Positions 17,533 to 26,667 of a stretch of DNA of 36,647 nt are shown in pieces (the stretch's first letter is position 1; each line of letters begins with the position of its first letter). Both the position numbers and the translations under genes were made by a program. The stretch is from a bacterium (lineage in GTDB: Bacteria; UBP15; UBA6099; JAJRTR01). The stretch lies in assembly GCA_024278215.1 (NCBI GenBank), contig JAJRTR010000150.1, forward strand, positions 1 to 36,647, written 5' to 3'. Under the pieces are notes generated by a model, which saw nothing but the letters and a program-made list of their open reading frames with translations, searched no databases and was not told the origin of the DNA.

Positions 17533-19890
17533 ATGATAAAACTACGCCGCATCACTCAGGTCGTTTCGCTGCTGTTTTTTGTTTCCCTTCTTTCATTAAC
17601 GATCTATCCTCTCACATTGCCGCCGGGCCTTGTAGATATTTATCTGCACCTGAGCCCGCTGCATCTACTGGCCGTATCTCTCAACGTATGGAAGTTTTTC
17701 GCGGTCTTTCTGCCCGCGATTGTGCTGCTCGCGCTCACTCTGCTGCTGGGCAGGTTCTTCTGCGGCTGGGTGTGTCCGATGGGGATAACGCTCGATGTCA
17801 CCGACAGGATTCTCACTACAAAGAAAAAGAAACACGACGATTCCACGGAACCGCTGCCGCTGAAACCGCTTAAATACGGATTGCTCGTCTGCATACTGGT
17901 CGCCGCCTATTTCGAGGCTAATCTTGCCGGATGGTTCGACCCGCAATCGCTGATAACAAGGACTTACGTGCAGGTGTTCCTGCCCGCTTTCCAGTATGCA
18001 ACGGACCTGATATTCAGGGGCCTTTACCCGATAGGTTTCGCGCGGCCTGTTGTAGAAGGTGCGCATTCTTTTTTCAAGACGACTCTCTACGCGCTCGAAC
18101 AACCCTCGTTCCACGGCAGCGCGGCGACATTTCTTATATTCATGCTGATCGCGCTGCTCGTGTTTTTCAATCGCCGTTTCTGGTGCAGGTTCCTGTGTCC
18201 TATGGGTGCGGTTCTTGCGCTGACATCCCGCTTTTCGCTCTTTAAACGCACTGTGGACGAAACGAAGTGCATCAACTGCAACCGCTGTGTGCGCAACTGC
18301 CGGATGGGCGCTATAGAAGTGGGCGGAAAAACGGGCTACAGGGGCGAGTGCATCGAGTGTTTCACCTGCGTCGACGTATGCCCGGTGGATGCCGTCGCGT
18401 TCAGGCCTGTGTGGATGCGCGGCGCGGATAAGCTGCCGGTGAGCTTCACGCGCAGGACGCTTGTGCTGTCGGCGGGAGCGGGGATTATGGCGGTGCCGGT
18501 GGTGAGGCTGGCCGCCGGACAGCCGGCGAGAAGTCCCATCAGGCCGCCGGGTGCGGGGGCCGCCGCGGGCCGCGATTACTTTATGCAGACCTGCATCCGT
18601 TGCGGAGAGTGCATGAGGGTGTGCCCGACAAACGCGATCCAGCCGGCGTGGTTCGACGCGGGTGTCGAAGGCTTGTGGACGCCGGAGATCGTGCCGCGGA
18701 ACGGCTATTGTTCGTACAATTGCACCCTCTGCGGACAGGTGTGCCCGTCGGGCGCGATTCAGCGCCTCGTGCCGACCGAAAAGAAACGCAGGCAGCTCGG
18801 CATCGCCGTGTTCGACCACAACAGGTGCATACCCTGGTCGCGCGCGGAGAACTGCCTGGTGTGCGAAGAGCATTGCCCGGTAGCCGGCAAAGCTATAAGG
18901 TTTCGCACCGGGGAGATGCCCGGCGACACGGGCGCGCTGGTGCAGGTGAAGCTGCCTTACGTTGTCGAAGCGGAGTGCATCGGCTGCGGGATATGTGAGA
19001 ACAAATGTCCGCTGCACGGCAGGGCGGGTGTGCGCGTGACGGGTTTCATGCCGCAGACGATGAAAGTGGCCGGGGCGAGCGCGCCGCAGGCGCGTAAAGG
19101 GATCGAATCCCTCCTGCCCTCGACACTTGCCGGATGGCGCGCTGTTTATGATGTCGATACATACAGGAAAGATAATCTGTTCGAGTTCATAGACGGAGGC
19201 GCGGAAGTATATTACGAATACGGATATGAAGAAGCGGCGACAAGGGACTATGAGAAGGGCGACGCCTCGCTTACGGTGGACATCTTCAGGATGTCGGACA
19301 GCGACGCCGCCTATGGCGTAATGACATACGAGCGGCCCTGGGGAGCGGCACCGGCACTGGTGGGGGAGGCAGGCTATTTATCCGGCGGAATGCTCGGGTT
19401 CAGGCAGGCAGCCTATTATGTGAAAATAAATTATTACGGCGACGGCATTGGTAATGATGTGCTGGAGAAGGTCGGCGGCCTGATAGCTTCTATGATCGGC
19501 AACAAAGGCGGGCCGCCTGAAATTCTGTCACTGCTTCCGTCCGGTATTCCCGAAGAGGCCGCGAAGATTGTCGGCGGGCCACTCACTGTACGGGGATTCC
19601 ACAATTTCGGAGACGGAGTTATCGATTTCGCCGGCGGCGCGCGAGGTCTTTATTATACGCAAAAAGATGATTCGGACACAGGCGGCGCGAGTGTTCTCCG
19701 GATGAAGTTTGCAGACGGGGCGGCGATGACTTCGACTGCGAAATCAATAGAAAAATCGCTTGAAAGCGACGGCTACACGCGAGTTTCGGACAATTTGTTT
19801 GCGGGACACAGCGAAAAGTTTTCGCTGAATTTCAATGTCGCACCGGCACCGATTCTTGAAGTTGTGAAAACACACAAGATCAGTTTATGA
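17533..19890 (+). CDS. NapH/MauN-type membrane 4Fe-4S protein fused to a NapG/MauM-type polyferredoxin and a C-terminal DUF6599-like domain
   Basis: GRFFCGWVCPMG, RRFWCRFLCPMGA, multiple CxxCxxCxxxCP motifs, internal TRRTLV, C-terminal NLFEFIDGGAEVYYEYG. ATG 17533 follows an in-frame TTG at 17530. Confidence 0.85.
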   Translation: MIKLRRITQVVSLLFFVSLLSLTIYPLTLPPGLVDIYLHLSPLHLLAVSLNVWKFFAVFLPAIVLLALTLLLGRFFCGWVCPMGITLDVTDRILTTKKKKHDDSTEPLPLKPLKYGLLVCILVAAYFEANLAGWFDPQSLITRTYVQVFLPAFQYATDLIFRGLYPIGFARPVVEGAHSFFKTTLYALEQPSFHGSAATFLIFMLIALLVFFNRRFWCRFLCPMGAVLALTSRFSLFKRTVDETKCINCNRCVRNCRMGAIEVGGKTGYRGECIECFTCVDVCPVDAVAFRPVWMRGADKLPVSFTRRTLVLSAGAGIMAVPVVRLAAGQPARSPIRPPGAGAAAGRDYFMQTCIRCGECMRVCPTNAIQPAWFDAGVEGLWTPEIVPRNGYCSYNCTLCGQVCPSGAIQRLVPTEKKRRQLGIAVFDHNRCIPWSRAENCLVCEEHCPVAGKAIRFRTGEMPGDTGALVQVKLPYVVEAECIGCGICENKCPLHGRAGVRVTGFMPQTMKVAGASAPQARKGIESLLPSTLAGWRAVYDVDTYRKDNLFEFIDGGAEVYYEYGYEEAATRDYEKGDASLTVDIFRMSDSDAAYGVMTYERPWGAAPALVGEAGYLSGGMLGFRQAAYYVKINYYGDGIGNDVLEKVGGLIASMIGNKGGPPEILSLLPSGIPEEAAKIVGGPLTVRGFHNFGDGVIDFAGGARGLYYTQKDDSDTGGASVLRMKFADGAAMTSTAKSIEKSLESDGYTRVSDNLFAGHSEKFSLNFNVAPAPILEVVKTHKISL

Positions 19891-21166
19891 CATCGAAGTC
19901 AAGATACTTCTGAAGAGCGCCGGGGACTTTTATGCTCCCATCTTCCTGCTGATAATTCTCCAATATGGCGAGCAGTGTTCTCGATATGGCGAACGCGGTG
20001 CCGTTAAGCGTATGTAAATATGCGGTCTTTCCGGTTTCCTTCGATTTATACTTAATATTCAACCTTCGCGACTGATAATCGGTACAATTGGATGTAGAGG
20101 TGATTTCGCCCCAGTTGCCGGCGACATTTTTATCTTCATTGTGGCGGCCCGGCATCCATGCTTCAAGGTCATATTTCCGGTAGGCCGGTCCGCCGAGGTC
20201 TCCCGTGCAGATGTCGACTGTCCTGAAAGGTATGTCCAATTCTTTATACAACTGCTCCTCTATCTGCCTCAAATATTCGTGCATCTCGCCCGATTTGTCC
20301 GGGTGCGTAAATGCGAACATTTCGATTTTTGTGAATTGATGCACACGGTACAGGCCTTTGGAGAATTTACCGTAAGACCCGGCTTCGGTCCTGAAACAAT
20401 GTGATATGCCCGCCAGTTTTAAGGGAAGATCATCTTCGTCGATTGTAGTATTCGAGTACATGCCGCCGAGCGTTATCTCGGAAGTTCCGATCAAGCACAA
20501 GTCGGAATCTTCTATGGTGTACACCTGTGTTTCGTTTCCTCTCGGATTAAATCCAATGCCTTCCAGTATCTCACTTTTTGCAAGGTCGGGGGTCGAGACC
20601 AATGTGAAACCATTCTCAAGCAATACATCCAGCGCAAACCTTGTCAGCGCGTACTCGAGCAGGACCGCTTCGTTCTTGAGAAAATAGAATCGGGCACCCG
20701 ACACTTTCGCGGCTGCCTGGAAGTCGATCAGATCAAGTTCACGCCCCAATTCGACATGGTCCTTCGGGGTGAATGCAAACTCCGTGGGTTCTTTGTAGCG
20801 AGAAATCTCTACATTATCATCTTCATTTTTACCTATCGGCGAGTCGGGATGGGATATGTTTGGAACTTTCTTCAGTTCTTCTACATATTTCCTTGACAAT
20901 TCGTCCAGTCCGACCTCCTTTTGCGCGATCTCCTCTTTTAACTTTTTACTCTTGTCTATGAGCGATTGCCTGTCGTCCTGTGATGCCGCCGATATTTGCT
21001 TATTAATTATGTTTCGTTGATTACGCAGATCGTCGACAGCAGCCTGCAACTCGTTCTTTTTTCTATATATTTCAATCAGGCCGTCGATGTCCAGCGACAG
21101 GTTTCTGTTCCTGATATTGGTTTTCACCAATTCAGGATTATCAATTATAAATTTAATATTCAGCAT
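19880..21166 (-). CDS. serS: Serine--tRNA ligase
   Basis: N-terminal coiled coil, GTSE, CFRTEAG, GLYRVHQF, YDLEAWMP, STSNCTDYQSRR, HTLNGT, ILENYQ. Its 3' end overlaps the convergent ferredoxin gene by 11 bp. Confidence 0.97.
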   Translation of the reverse strand: MLNIKFIIDNPELVKTNIRNRNLSLDIDGLIEIYRKKNELQAAVDDLRNQRNIINKQISAASQDDRQSLIDKSKKLKEEIAQKEVGLDELSRKYVEELKKVPNISHPDSPIGKNEDDNVEISRYKEPTEFAFTPKDHVELGRELDLIDFQAAAKVSGARFYFLKNEAVLLEYALTRFALDVLLENGFTLVSTPDLAKSEILEGIGFNPRGNETQVYTIEDSDLCLIGTSEITLGGMYSNTTIDEDDLPLKLAGISHCFRTEAGSYGKFSKGLYRVHQFTKIEMFAFTHPDKSGEMHEYLRQIEEQLYKELDIPFRTVDICTGDLGGPAYRKYDLEAWMPGRHNEDKNVAGNWGEITSTSNCTDYQSRRLNIKYKSKETGKTAYLHTLNGTAFAISRTLLAILENYQQEDGSIKVPGALQKYLDFDVIN

Positions 21167-21247
21167 AAGTTATGCTCCATAAATCATAAATATATCATTA
21201 TCGGAAAGCCGATAGCGGAAAATATGTGCCCGGGTCCGGTCCTGGTC

Positions 21248-22213
21248 TTACTTTTTGTCGGAGATTTTTCTGCCCTTGAAATAATCTTCCCAGAGCTTAT
21301 CCGGTAGTTCGGGATTCTCCGTCAGATCGGAGAACAACATGACCTGCACCAGGCCTGATTTCTCATACTCGATGAATCCAAGGAACATCTTCGTTTTCGG
21401 ATCAATGTCGGCGATAACCTTTGTTATGCCCTTATTGGCCGCAACATCTTTGGGAATTATTGTAAGCCGCACGGCATCGGCGGGCCTGTCTATGCCGGAC
21501 TTCATGGTAAGCATTCCTGTTTTTTTATTCAGTACAAAATCGCTCTTCATGTAATGTGCTGCGTCGGCGGCTGTGATGTCGGCATCGTTGAAGTAGTGAT
21601 CGAATCGCTTCATGGTTTTGCCGATGGCCAGGTCGCCGAGTTCGTTGCCGCGCAGGTCGCGGGTCTCTTCGAGCGTCTGGTGATAGACCTCTTTCCGGGA
21701 GGCGATCATAAGCAGTTTCAACGCACCCTTCCACGCCAGAGAAATAGGTAATTTCTTGAACTGCTTGTTCGTGAGATACGGAAACACTATATATACAGTG
21801 TCATCGTTTTTATAACCATAATTGAACGTCGTGCCCGACGCATACTTCAGCATATACGCAACGCCACGGTCTATGATGGAGCCGTTATTCGTGTCTTCAT
21901 TGACTGATTCCAGATATGTAAGGAGGCTCTTGCCGGGCTTTTTGTATCTGATGTGAAATCTGCGGTAATCCCAGTCCGGCTTGTCTTCCGGTTTGACCAT
22001 ATCGGGGAAGTTTTTTATGTACGAATCCGTTCTGCGGGTGTAAGAAAAAAGATCGCATTCATAAGAGTTTATTTCGTTGTCCCATTTCTCCGAAACCGCA
22101 CTCCATAACTCACTGGCTCTCTCGTCCACAGCCGTATAAGTGCAGACCTGCAACGCGAATGCAATAAACAGAGAAAAAGCAATGATACCGATAATCCGCA
22201 TATTTCTTTTCAT
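21248..22213 (-). CDS. Exported hypothetical protein, possibly LolA-like fold
   Basis: ATG 22213 with a GAGGAG SD. Basic N-terminus plus hydrophobic segment. C-terminal IDPKT...FSDLTENPELPD resembles the end of LolA-like proteins (inference). Confidence 0.6.
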   Translation of the reverse strand: MKRNMRIIGIIAFSLFIAFALQVCTYTAVDERASELWSAVSEKWDNEINSYECDLFSYTRRTDSYIKNFPDMVKPEDKPDWDYRRFHIRYKKPGKSLLTYLESVNEDTNNGSIIDRGVAYMLKYASGTTFNYGYKNDDTVYIVFPYLTNKQFKKLPISLAWKGALKLLMIASRKEVYHQTLEETRDLRGNELGDLAIGKTMKRFDHYFNDADITAADAAHYMKSDFVLNKKTGMLTMKSGIDRPADAVRLTIIPKDVAANKGITKVIADIDPKTKMFLGFIEYEKSGLVQVMLFSDLTENPELPDKLWEDYFKGRKISDKK

Positions 22214-22370
22214 GTAACCCAATCTCCTCTTGATTATTCTCCCGGCAGGGATATTATTTGATCCTGCGTCTACCCAGAGTACATGAACCTGCAATTATAA
22301 TGTTATTACTTTCAGTGAACTTACATACTCCCCTGGAAAACAGGCCTGTTTGATAATACAATAATCACAT

Positions 22371-22399
22371 ATCATAGCTTTTGAACTCTATGATGTCAA
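22371..22399 (-). promoter_or_regulatory. sigma70-type promoter for the hypothetical gene (and possibly serS)
   Basis: TTGACA-17 bp-TATGAT on the minus strand. Confidence 0.6.
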
Positions 22400-22578
22400 C
22401 GGTAAAACCCAGTCCTGCGGAATATCCCGGACTGCTGATCTTTTCCATTGTTTAACCCGGTCGGGAGGCAGGCGTTAATCCGAAATATTAATCTTTGCTT
22501 CAGGCGATTGCAACGGCATAACACAATAGTGCATGATCAACCATGTGTGCAATATTGCACAACTATGTACAACTAAAC

Positions 22579-23814
22579 TTAATAAAACCCCATTCCTGCG
22601 AAGGACACAACCGAGCCGCTGTGCGTATCATTCATCTGTTCATATTCAAGGACTTCGCCTCTTTGAGCGGCAATCGATTTCAGGAAAATGTATATAGCGG
22701 GAAAGCCGCATACCCGGCGCGCGTCGCCATCCTGCGCGATCGAGTTGAAGAAAGCCGTTGCGTCGATACGCTCGACGGTTTGCAGCATCGCCCTGTCTCT
22801 CTTTTCAATCATTTCGCAAGTTGCCACGCCGGGCGCGTCGGCATCTCCGAAACGGCGCCCCACGTGCGCCAGGTCCACTCCGCCGACCCAGCAAACGTCC
22901 CTCGCGCCCACCGCCGCCCGGAGCGCTTCGAGGAAATCTCTAACTTCCGGCACTGTGTCCGGCTCCTCACCGCTCTCGACCATCGGATGAAACGACGAAC
23001 ATAATATCGGCAATATCGGCGGCGGTGTCTCGTCGCCATAAAGATGTTTCAGAAATACTGTCTGGAACTCGATCGAATGTTCATTCCTGTGTTCGAACTC
23101 CTCGGCGAATATCGAGTCGCCCAGCTTCGAGCGCAGTATTTCCACACCAGAGCGGTCCACCGGCACGGTTCCGAGCGGTGTCTCGAAGTCGCGGTCGACG
23201 ACAGTGAAATAATTCTCCGACATAGCATGTGCGATACCGATAACGACAAAAAGATCGGGCCTGCGGCCCCTCAACGCGGAATACGCCTTCGCGAAACACG
23301 GCCCGCCGTGCCGGATGTCTATGTGCGGGGCGAGAATGCCTTTAATGTCGTTCACCGGTGTGTTTTCGCCCGGTTCGAGCCCCTGCTGCCCGGCAACGCC
23401 CGCGGTTTTATAAAAAGAATCAAGGAGCGACTTCAGTTCGGCGGGGTCCGCCGGGTAGCTGATGCCGGCGTGCGAACTCGGCCGCGCGTCTAGACATTCG
23501 TAATCGCGGCGGACCTGTTCCATCTTGCTCCGGAAACGGGCGTTATCGAGGAAATAATATTCATCGAGTTTCTGTACAAGTTCGTCGATCTGCGCGCGGG
23601 GAAGTATCTCGTTTGTACGACGTGCAAAGTCGGCCTGGATGTCCAGCACGGATTTTACGCCGTCGAACTGGCTGATGATATAAAAAGCGAAATCGTTAAT
23701 GAATATTGTCTGGTCGGTAATCCGCTGGGGGTCGCGCAGGCAGATGCTGCGCTCGCCCTCATATTCCACCGGGAACGCCTCAATCGGCCTCAATTTCGGT
23801 TTTTCGTCCATCAT
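22579..23814 (-). CDS. MEMO1-family (AmmeMemoRadiSam protein B-like) protein with N-terminal extension
   Basis: RPSSHAGISYP, LAPHID, FETPLG, HRNEHSIEFQ, DLAHVG, VCG, SVVSFA. Confidence 0.9.
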   Translation of the reverse strand: MMDEKPKLRPIEAFPVEYEGERSICLRDPQRITDQTIFINDFAFYIISQFDGVKSVLDIQADFARRTNEILPRAQIDELVQKLDEYYFLDNARFRSKMEQVRRDYECLDARPSSHAGISYPADPAELKSLLDSFYKTAGVAGQQGLEPGENTPVNDIKGILAPHIDIRHGGPCFAKAYSALRGRRPDLFVVIGIAHAMSENYFTVVDRDFETPLGTVPVDRSGVEILRSKLGDSIFAEEFEHRNEHSIEFQTVFLKHLYGDETPPPILPILCSSFHPMVESGEEPDTVPEVRDFLEALRAAVGARDVCWVGGVDLAHVGRRFGDADAPGVATCEMIEKRDRAMLQTVERIDATAFFNSIAQDGDARRVCGFPAIYIFLKSIAAQRGEVLEYEQMNDTHSGSVVSFAGMGFY

Positions 23815-23837
23815 CAGCCCTCGATTTCAGAATCTTA

Positions 23838-24043
23838 CTAAACTTGTGCGTTTTTCTATATATTGTGAGACTTTTGGGAACATGACTGAAATTCGACATT
23901 TAGTTCCAATACCGTTAAGTTAAGACCTAATGTGCCAAATAACGCCATTGTTTATCTGCGTTTTTATAGTTTTTACACTACCCCATCGAACATCTTTTCC
24001 TTGTTGACATGGCACTACCTTTTATAAAAACGCACAAGTTCAG
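23838..24043. mobile_element. MITE-like element family D (~206 bp) with target duplication
   Basis: Terminal inverted repeats ctaaacttgtgcgttttt / aaaaacgcacaagttcag (17/18 match), flanked by aatctta on both sides (23831-23837 and 24044-24050). AT-rich non-coding interior. Confidence 0.75.
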
Positions 24044-24516
24044 AATCTTATGATTTTTCCGGTAATTTTACTGCCTTCCACAGCGAGAATGCCGAAATAA
24101 GGCCTTCTTTCGCGGCGGCGCCGGGTGGGCGAGCCCGGATTGAAATGGAGCACACCGTCGCGAACAGTGTTTTCCGGACTGTGCGTGTGTCCGAAGACGA
24201 CGCAATCGACTTTCCGACCGAAAACGCCTTCAGGCGGCGGGTAGAAGACATGCACCATGCCGATTATGCATCCCTCGACTTCCACTATTCTCTTTATCGG
24301 CGCAAGTTGTTCATTGTGTTCGTGGTGAATGTTGCCACGCACCGCCAGCACGGGCGCGACGAGTTCCATGTTGCGCAGGGCTCCCAGGGCGACGATGTCT
24401 CCCGCGTGAAGTATCATCCGCACACCGGCCTCGACGAATCCCGCCTGAACCGGCCCCGGCAGCGACTGCGTGCCGCGCGAAAAATGTGTGTCCGATATTA
24501 CGCCTATTTTTGTCAT
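24040..24516 (-). CDS. Metallophosphoesterase (YfcE/MJ0936 family)
   Basis: ISDTH, HAGD, VRGN, FGHTH, FNPGS motifs. Confidence 0.92.
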   Translation of the reverse strand: MTKIGVISDTHFSRGTQSLPGPVQAGFVEAGVRMILHAGDIVALGALRNMELVAPVLAVRGNIHHEHNEQLAPIKRIVEVEGCIIGMVHVFYPPPEGVFGRKVDCVVFGHTHSPENTVRDGVLHFNPGSPTRRRRERRPYFGILAVEGSKITGKIIRF

Positions 24517-24530
24517 ATCAGTTCATCAGA

Positions 24531-25073
24531 TCAACCGGCTGTCTTCGGCGATTCCAGAGGCACTATGCAGTGCTTGCGCCTGCCGCATTTCCTGCATTTC
24601 GCGCCGTTCCATATCGCGTCGTAGAGCGCGGCGATCTGGTCCATGACCCTGTCTTCGCCGCTCATCATGCCGATCTCGAAGTTCCTGCGTCCCCTGCCCT
24701 TCATCCCTATGCCCGCGCCCGTGAAATTCGCGCTGCCGACATACACTTTCCTGCTGTCGATCAGTACACATTTGAAATGCACGCGCACGCATCGGCGCAT
24801 GTCGAAATTCGGCGAATGCAGCAATTTCCGCCTTTCTTTCAACTCACTGAGGAACGACCCGGACGGAACGCCGGAATGCAGGAGCCGGATGCGCACCCCC
24901 CGCGCTGCAAGTCGCTCGAACAGCTCGATCGACGACCCGACCGCGCCCGCCCCCAACGCGACAAACATGTTTTTCACGTTCGCCGTGGCGATCCACACCG
25001 AGTGGCGCGCTTTCATCATGCCGTTTTCGACAACTTCCGTATATATCGCTTCATTTAAGAGTAGTTCCTTCAT
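24531..25073 (-). CDS. Single-HKD phospholipase D/Nuc-like protein with C-terminal Cys cluster
   Basis: HFKCVLID (HxKxxxxD), GSANFTG, RRNFEIG, C-terminal CRKCGRRKHC. Start ATG 25073 or GTG/ATG up to 25088. Confidence 0.85.
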   Translation of the reverse strand: MKELLLNEAIYTEVVENGMMKARHSVWIATANVKNMFVALGAGAVGSSIELFERLAARGVRIRLLHSGVPSGSFLSELKERRKLLHSPNFDMRRCVRVHFKCVLIDSRKVYVGSANFTGAGIGMKGRGRRNFEIGMMSGEDRVMDQIAALYDAIWNGAKCRKCGRRKHCIVPLESPKTAG

Positions 25074-25097
25074 ATTCAGGCGACACATTTCCCGACA

Positions 25098-25898
25098 TTA
25101 TTCCTTCGCATCCGGCGGCCCCAGCCATGCGGCGACACTATCGCCGAAAAGACGCGCCGCGTTCCGGGTGGTCGCTTCGGCGATTTCCTCGACGGTGACA
25201 CCCCGCACCCGCGCTATTTCTTCCGCTATCGCCGGGATATACGACGGCTCGTTGCGCTTGCCGCGCCGGAACTGCGGTGTAAGAAACGGGCAATCCGTCT
25301 CGAGCATAAGGCGGTCGAGCGGCACACGCCGGACGACATCCCGCAGCCTGTCGTTTTTCGGATATGTCACCGGCCCGCCAACCGAAATATGCAACCCCAG
25401 CTCGAGTGTCTGCTCCAGGAACGCCGGCCCGCCCGAGAAACAGTGCATCACACCCTTTAGCGTCGCTCCGGCACCTCTTATCATGTCGATCATATCGTCG
25501 TTTGCCGCCCGGCAGTGGAACACGAGCGGATAGTCCGTCGGCACGCAGAGTTCGAGCACCTGCTCGAAAACTTTACGCTGAATGTCCACAGGAGAATAAT
25601 CCTTGAAATAGTCCAGCCCCATCTCGCCGATGCCGATATATTCTCCATCGTGCGCGGCGAGGAAGTCCTTGAAAACAGCGAGATCGAAGCTCTTCGCCTC
25701 GTGCGGGTGCGCGCCGACGATGGGAAACACCGACGGGTACTTCTCCGCCAGCGCGAGCACCTGCCTGTTTGTTTCCGTGTCGAGTCCGACCTCGAAAACG
25801 GCAGCCACACCCGCGTCCAGTGCCCGTTGTATTACGTCATCGCGGTCTTCGTCGAAATTCCTGAAAAAAGTATGTGCGTGTGAATCAATAAATTTCAT
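25098..25898 (-). CDS. tatD: TatD-family metal-dependent hydrolase/DNase
   Basis: IDSHAH, GAHPH, IGEMGLDY, HCR, HCFSG, LETDCPFL, RNEP. Confidence 0.94.
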   Translation of the reverse strand: MKFIDSHAHTFFRNFDEDRDDVIQRALDAGVAAVFEVGLDTETNRQVLALAEKYPSVFPIVGAHPHEAKSFDLAVFKDFLAAHDGEYIGIGEMGLDYFKDYSPVDIQRKVFEQVLELCVPTDYPLVFHCRAANDDMIDMIRGAGATLKGVMHCFSGGPAFLEQTLELGLHISVGGPVTYPKNDRLRDVVRRVPLDRLMLETDCPFLTPQFRRGKRNEPSYIPAIAEEIARVRGVTVEEIAEATTRNAARLFGDSVAAWLGPPDAKE

Positions 25899-26041
25899 TA
25901 AGCATCTCCGGACTCCGTTGTTTCAAACATGGTTCCTGTGCAACAAGCTGAAAATGTCGAAAAATCAGGTGCCGGCAGTCGTAAAAAACACTTTGCCGAC
26001 CCCCATTTTTTGCATAGCTGAAATTGATGTTTGTAAAAATT

Positions 26042-26144
26042 GATTCCGGCGCAAAAAGTCCCAATACGCGAAAAGCAGGTAAGTCCCCGTTTTTCGCTGA
26101 CTGTTTTCCATTTAGACTCAACACGGACTTTTTGCGCCGGAATC
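26042..26144. mobile_element. MITE-like element family B (103 bp) with 6-bp target duplication
   Basis: Perfect 20-bp terminal inverted repeats gattccggcgcaaaaagtcc / ggactttttgcgccggaatc; aaaatt on both flanks (26036-26041 and 26145-26150). Confidence 0.88.
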
Positions 26145-26303
26145 AAAATTGACGTTCACGGGTGTGTATTTGAAATGTCTGGAATGCAACGACTGTGTCG
26201 TTGCAGGTGCATCGACCTGTTGCGCCGTAATCAAACATCACTGGAATTATAATCATAGGTCAGACAAGTTAAAGGGGTATTACTGCTTTTCGGTCGGAAA
26301 CAA

Positions 26304-26606
26304 TCAGTCTTTCTTAGCTTCGTTCCATATTTCTATAAAAGTCTTTTCGGGTTTTTTCTTCAGTTTCCACCTATCCCATTTCGTGTCGTAGACAATGTCG
26401 CATTCACCGAAGTCGGTCAGCTTCAAGCGGAAATGTTCCGAGATGTCTTTTGTTTTCACGTCACATTTCCTGTCTTTAAAGACAATATATTCAACAGGGA
26501 ACTTCCTGCCGTTTATGATAACTTTGCGCGGTGTTTCACCTGCTACGTAACCGGCGTAGGCTTCCACTTCGACATCTTCGGTGTTGTCTTTGTTTTCTGT
26601 TTCCAT
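26304..26606 (-). CDS. Small hypothetical cytoplasmic protein
   Basis: ATG 26606 with a GGGGG-type SD, downstream of the GH1 gene; YAGYVAGETPR...HFRL...YD...W pattern. Confidence 0.65.
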   Translation of the reverse strand: METENKDNTEDVEVEAYAGYVAGETPRKVIINGRKFPVEYIVFKDRKCDVKTKDISEHFRLKLTDFGECDIVYDTKWDRWKLKKKPEKTFIEIWNEAKKD

Positions 26607-26667
26607 CAGGTTTACCCCCTGCAAAATATTGGTGTTGCGGCGTCGATTCGGGATCGGGTGGATAAAA

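Noticed and set aside
26185..26205. Hairpin tgcaacgac-tgt-gtcgttgca
   Set aside because: Single copy with no U-tract; no function can be assigned.
25898..26391. Divergent ORFs both beginning MIPAQKV
   Set aside because: An artefact of the family B terminal inverted repeats read from each end.
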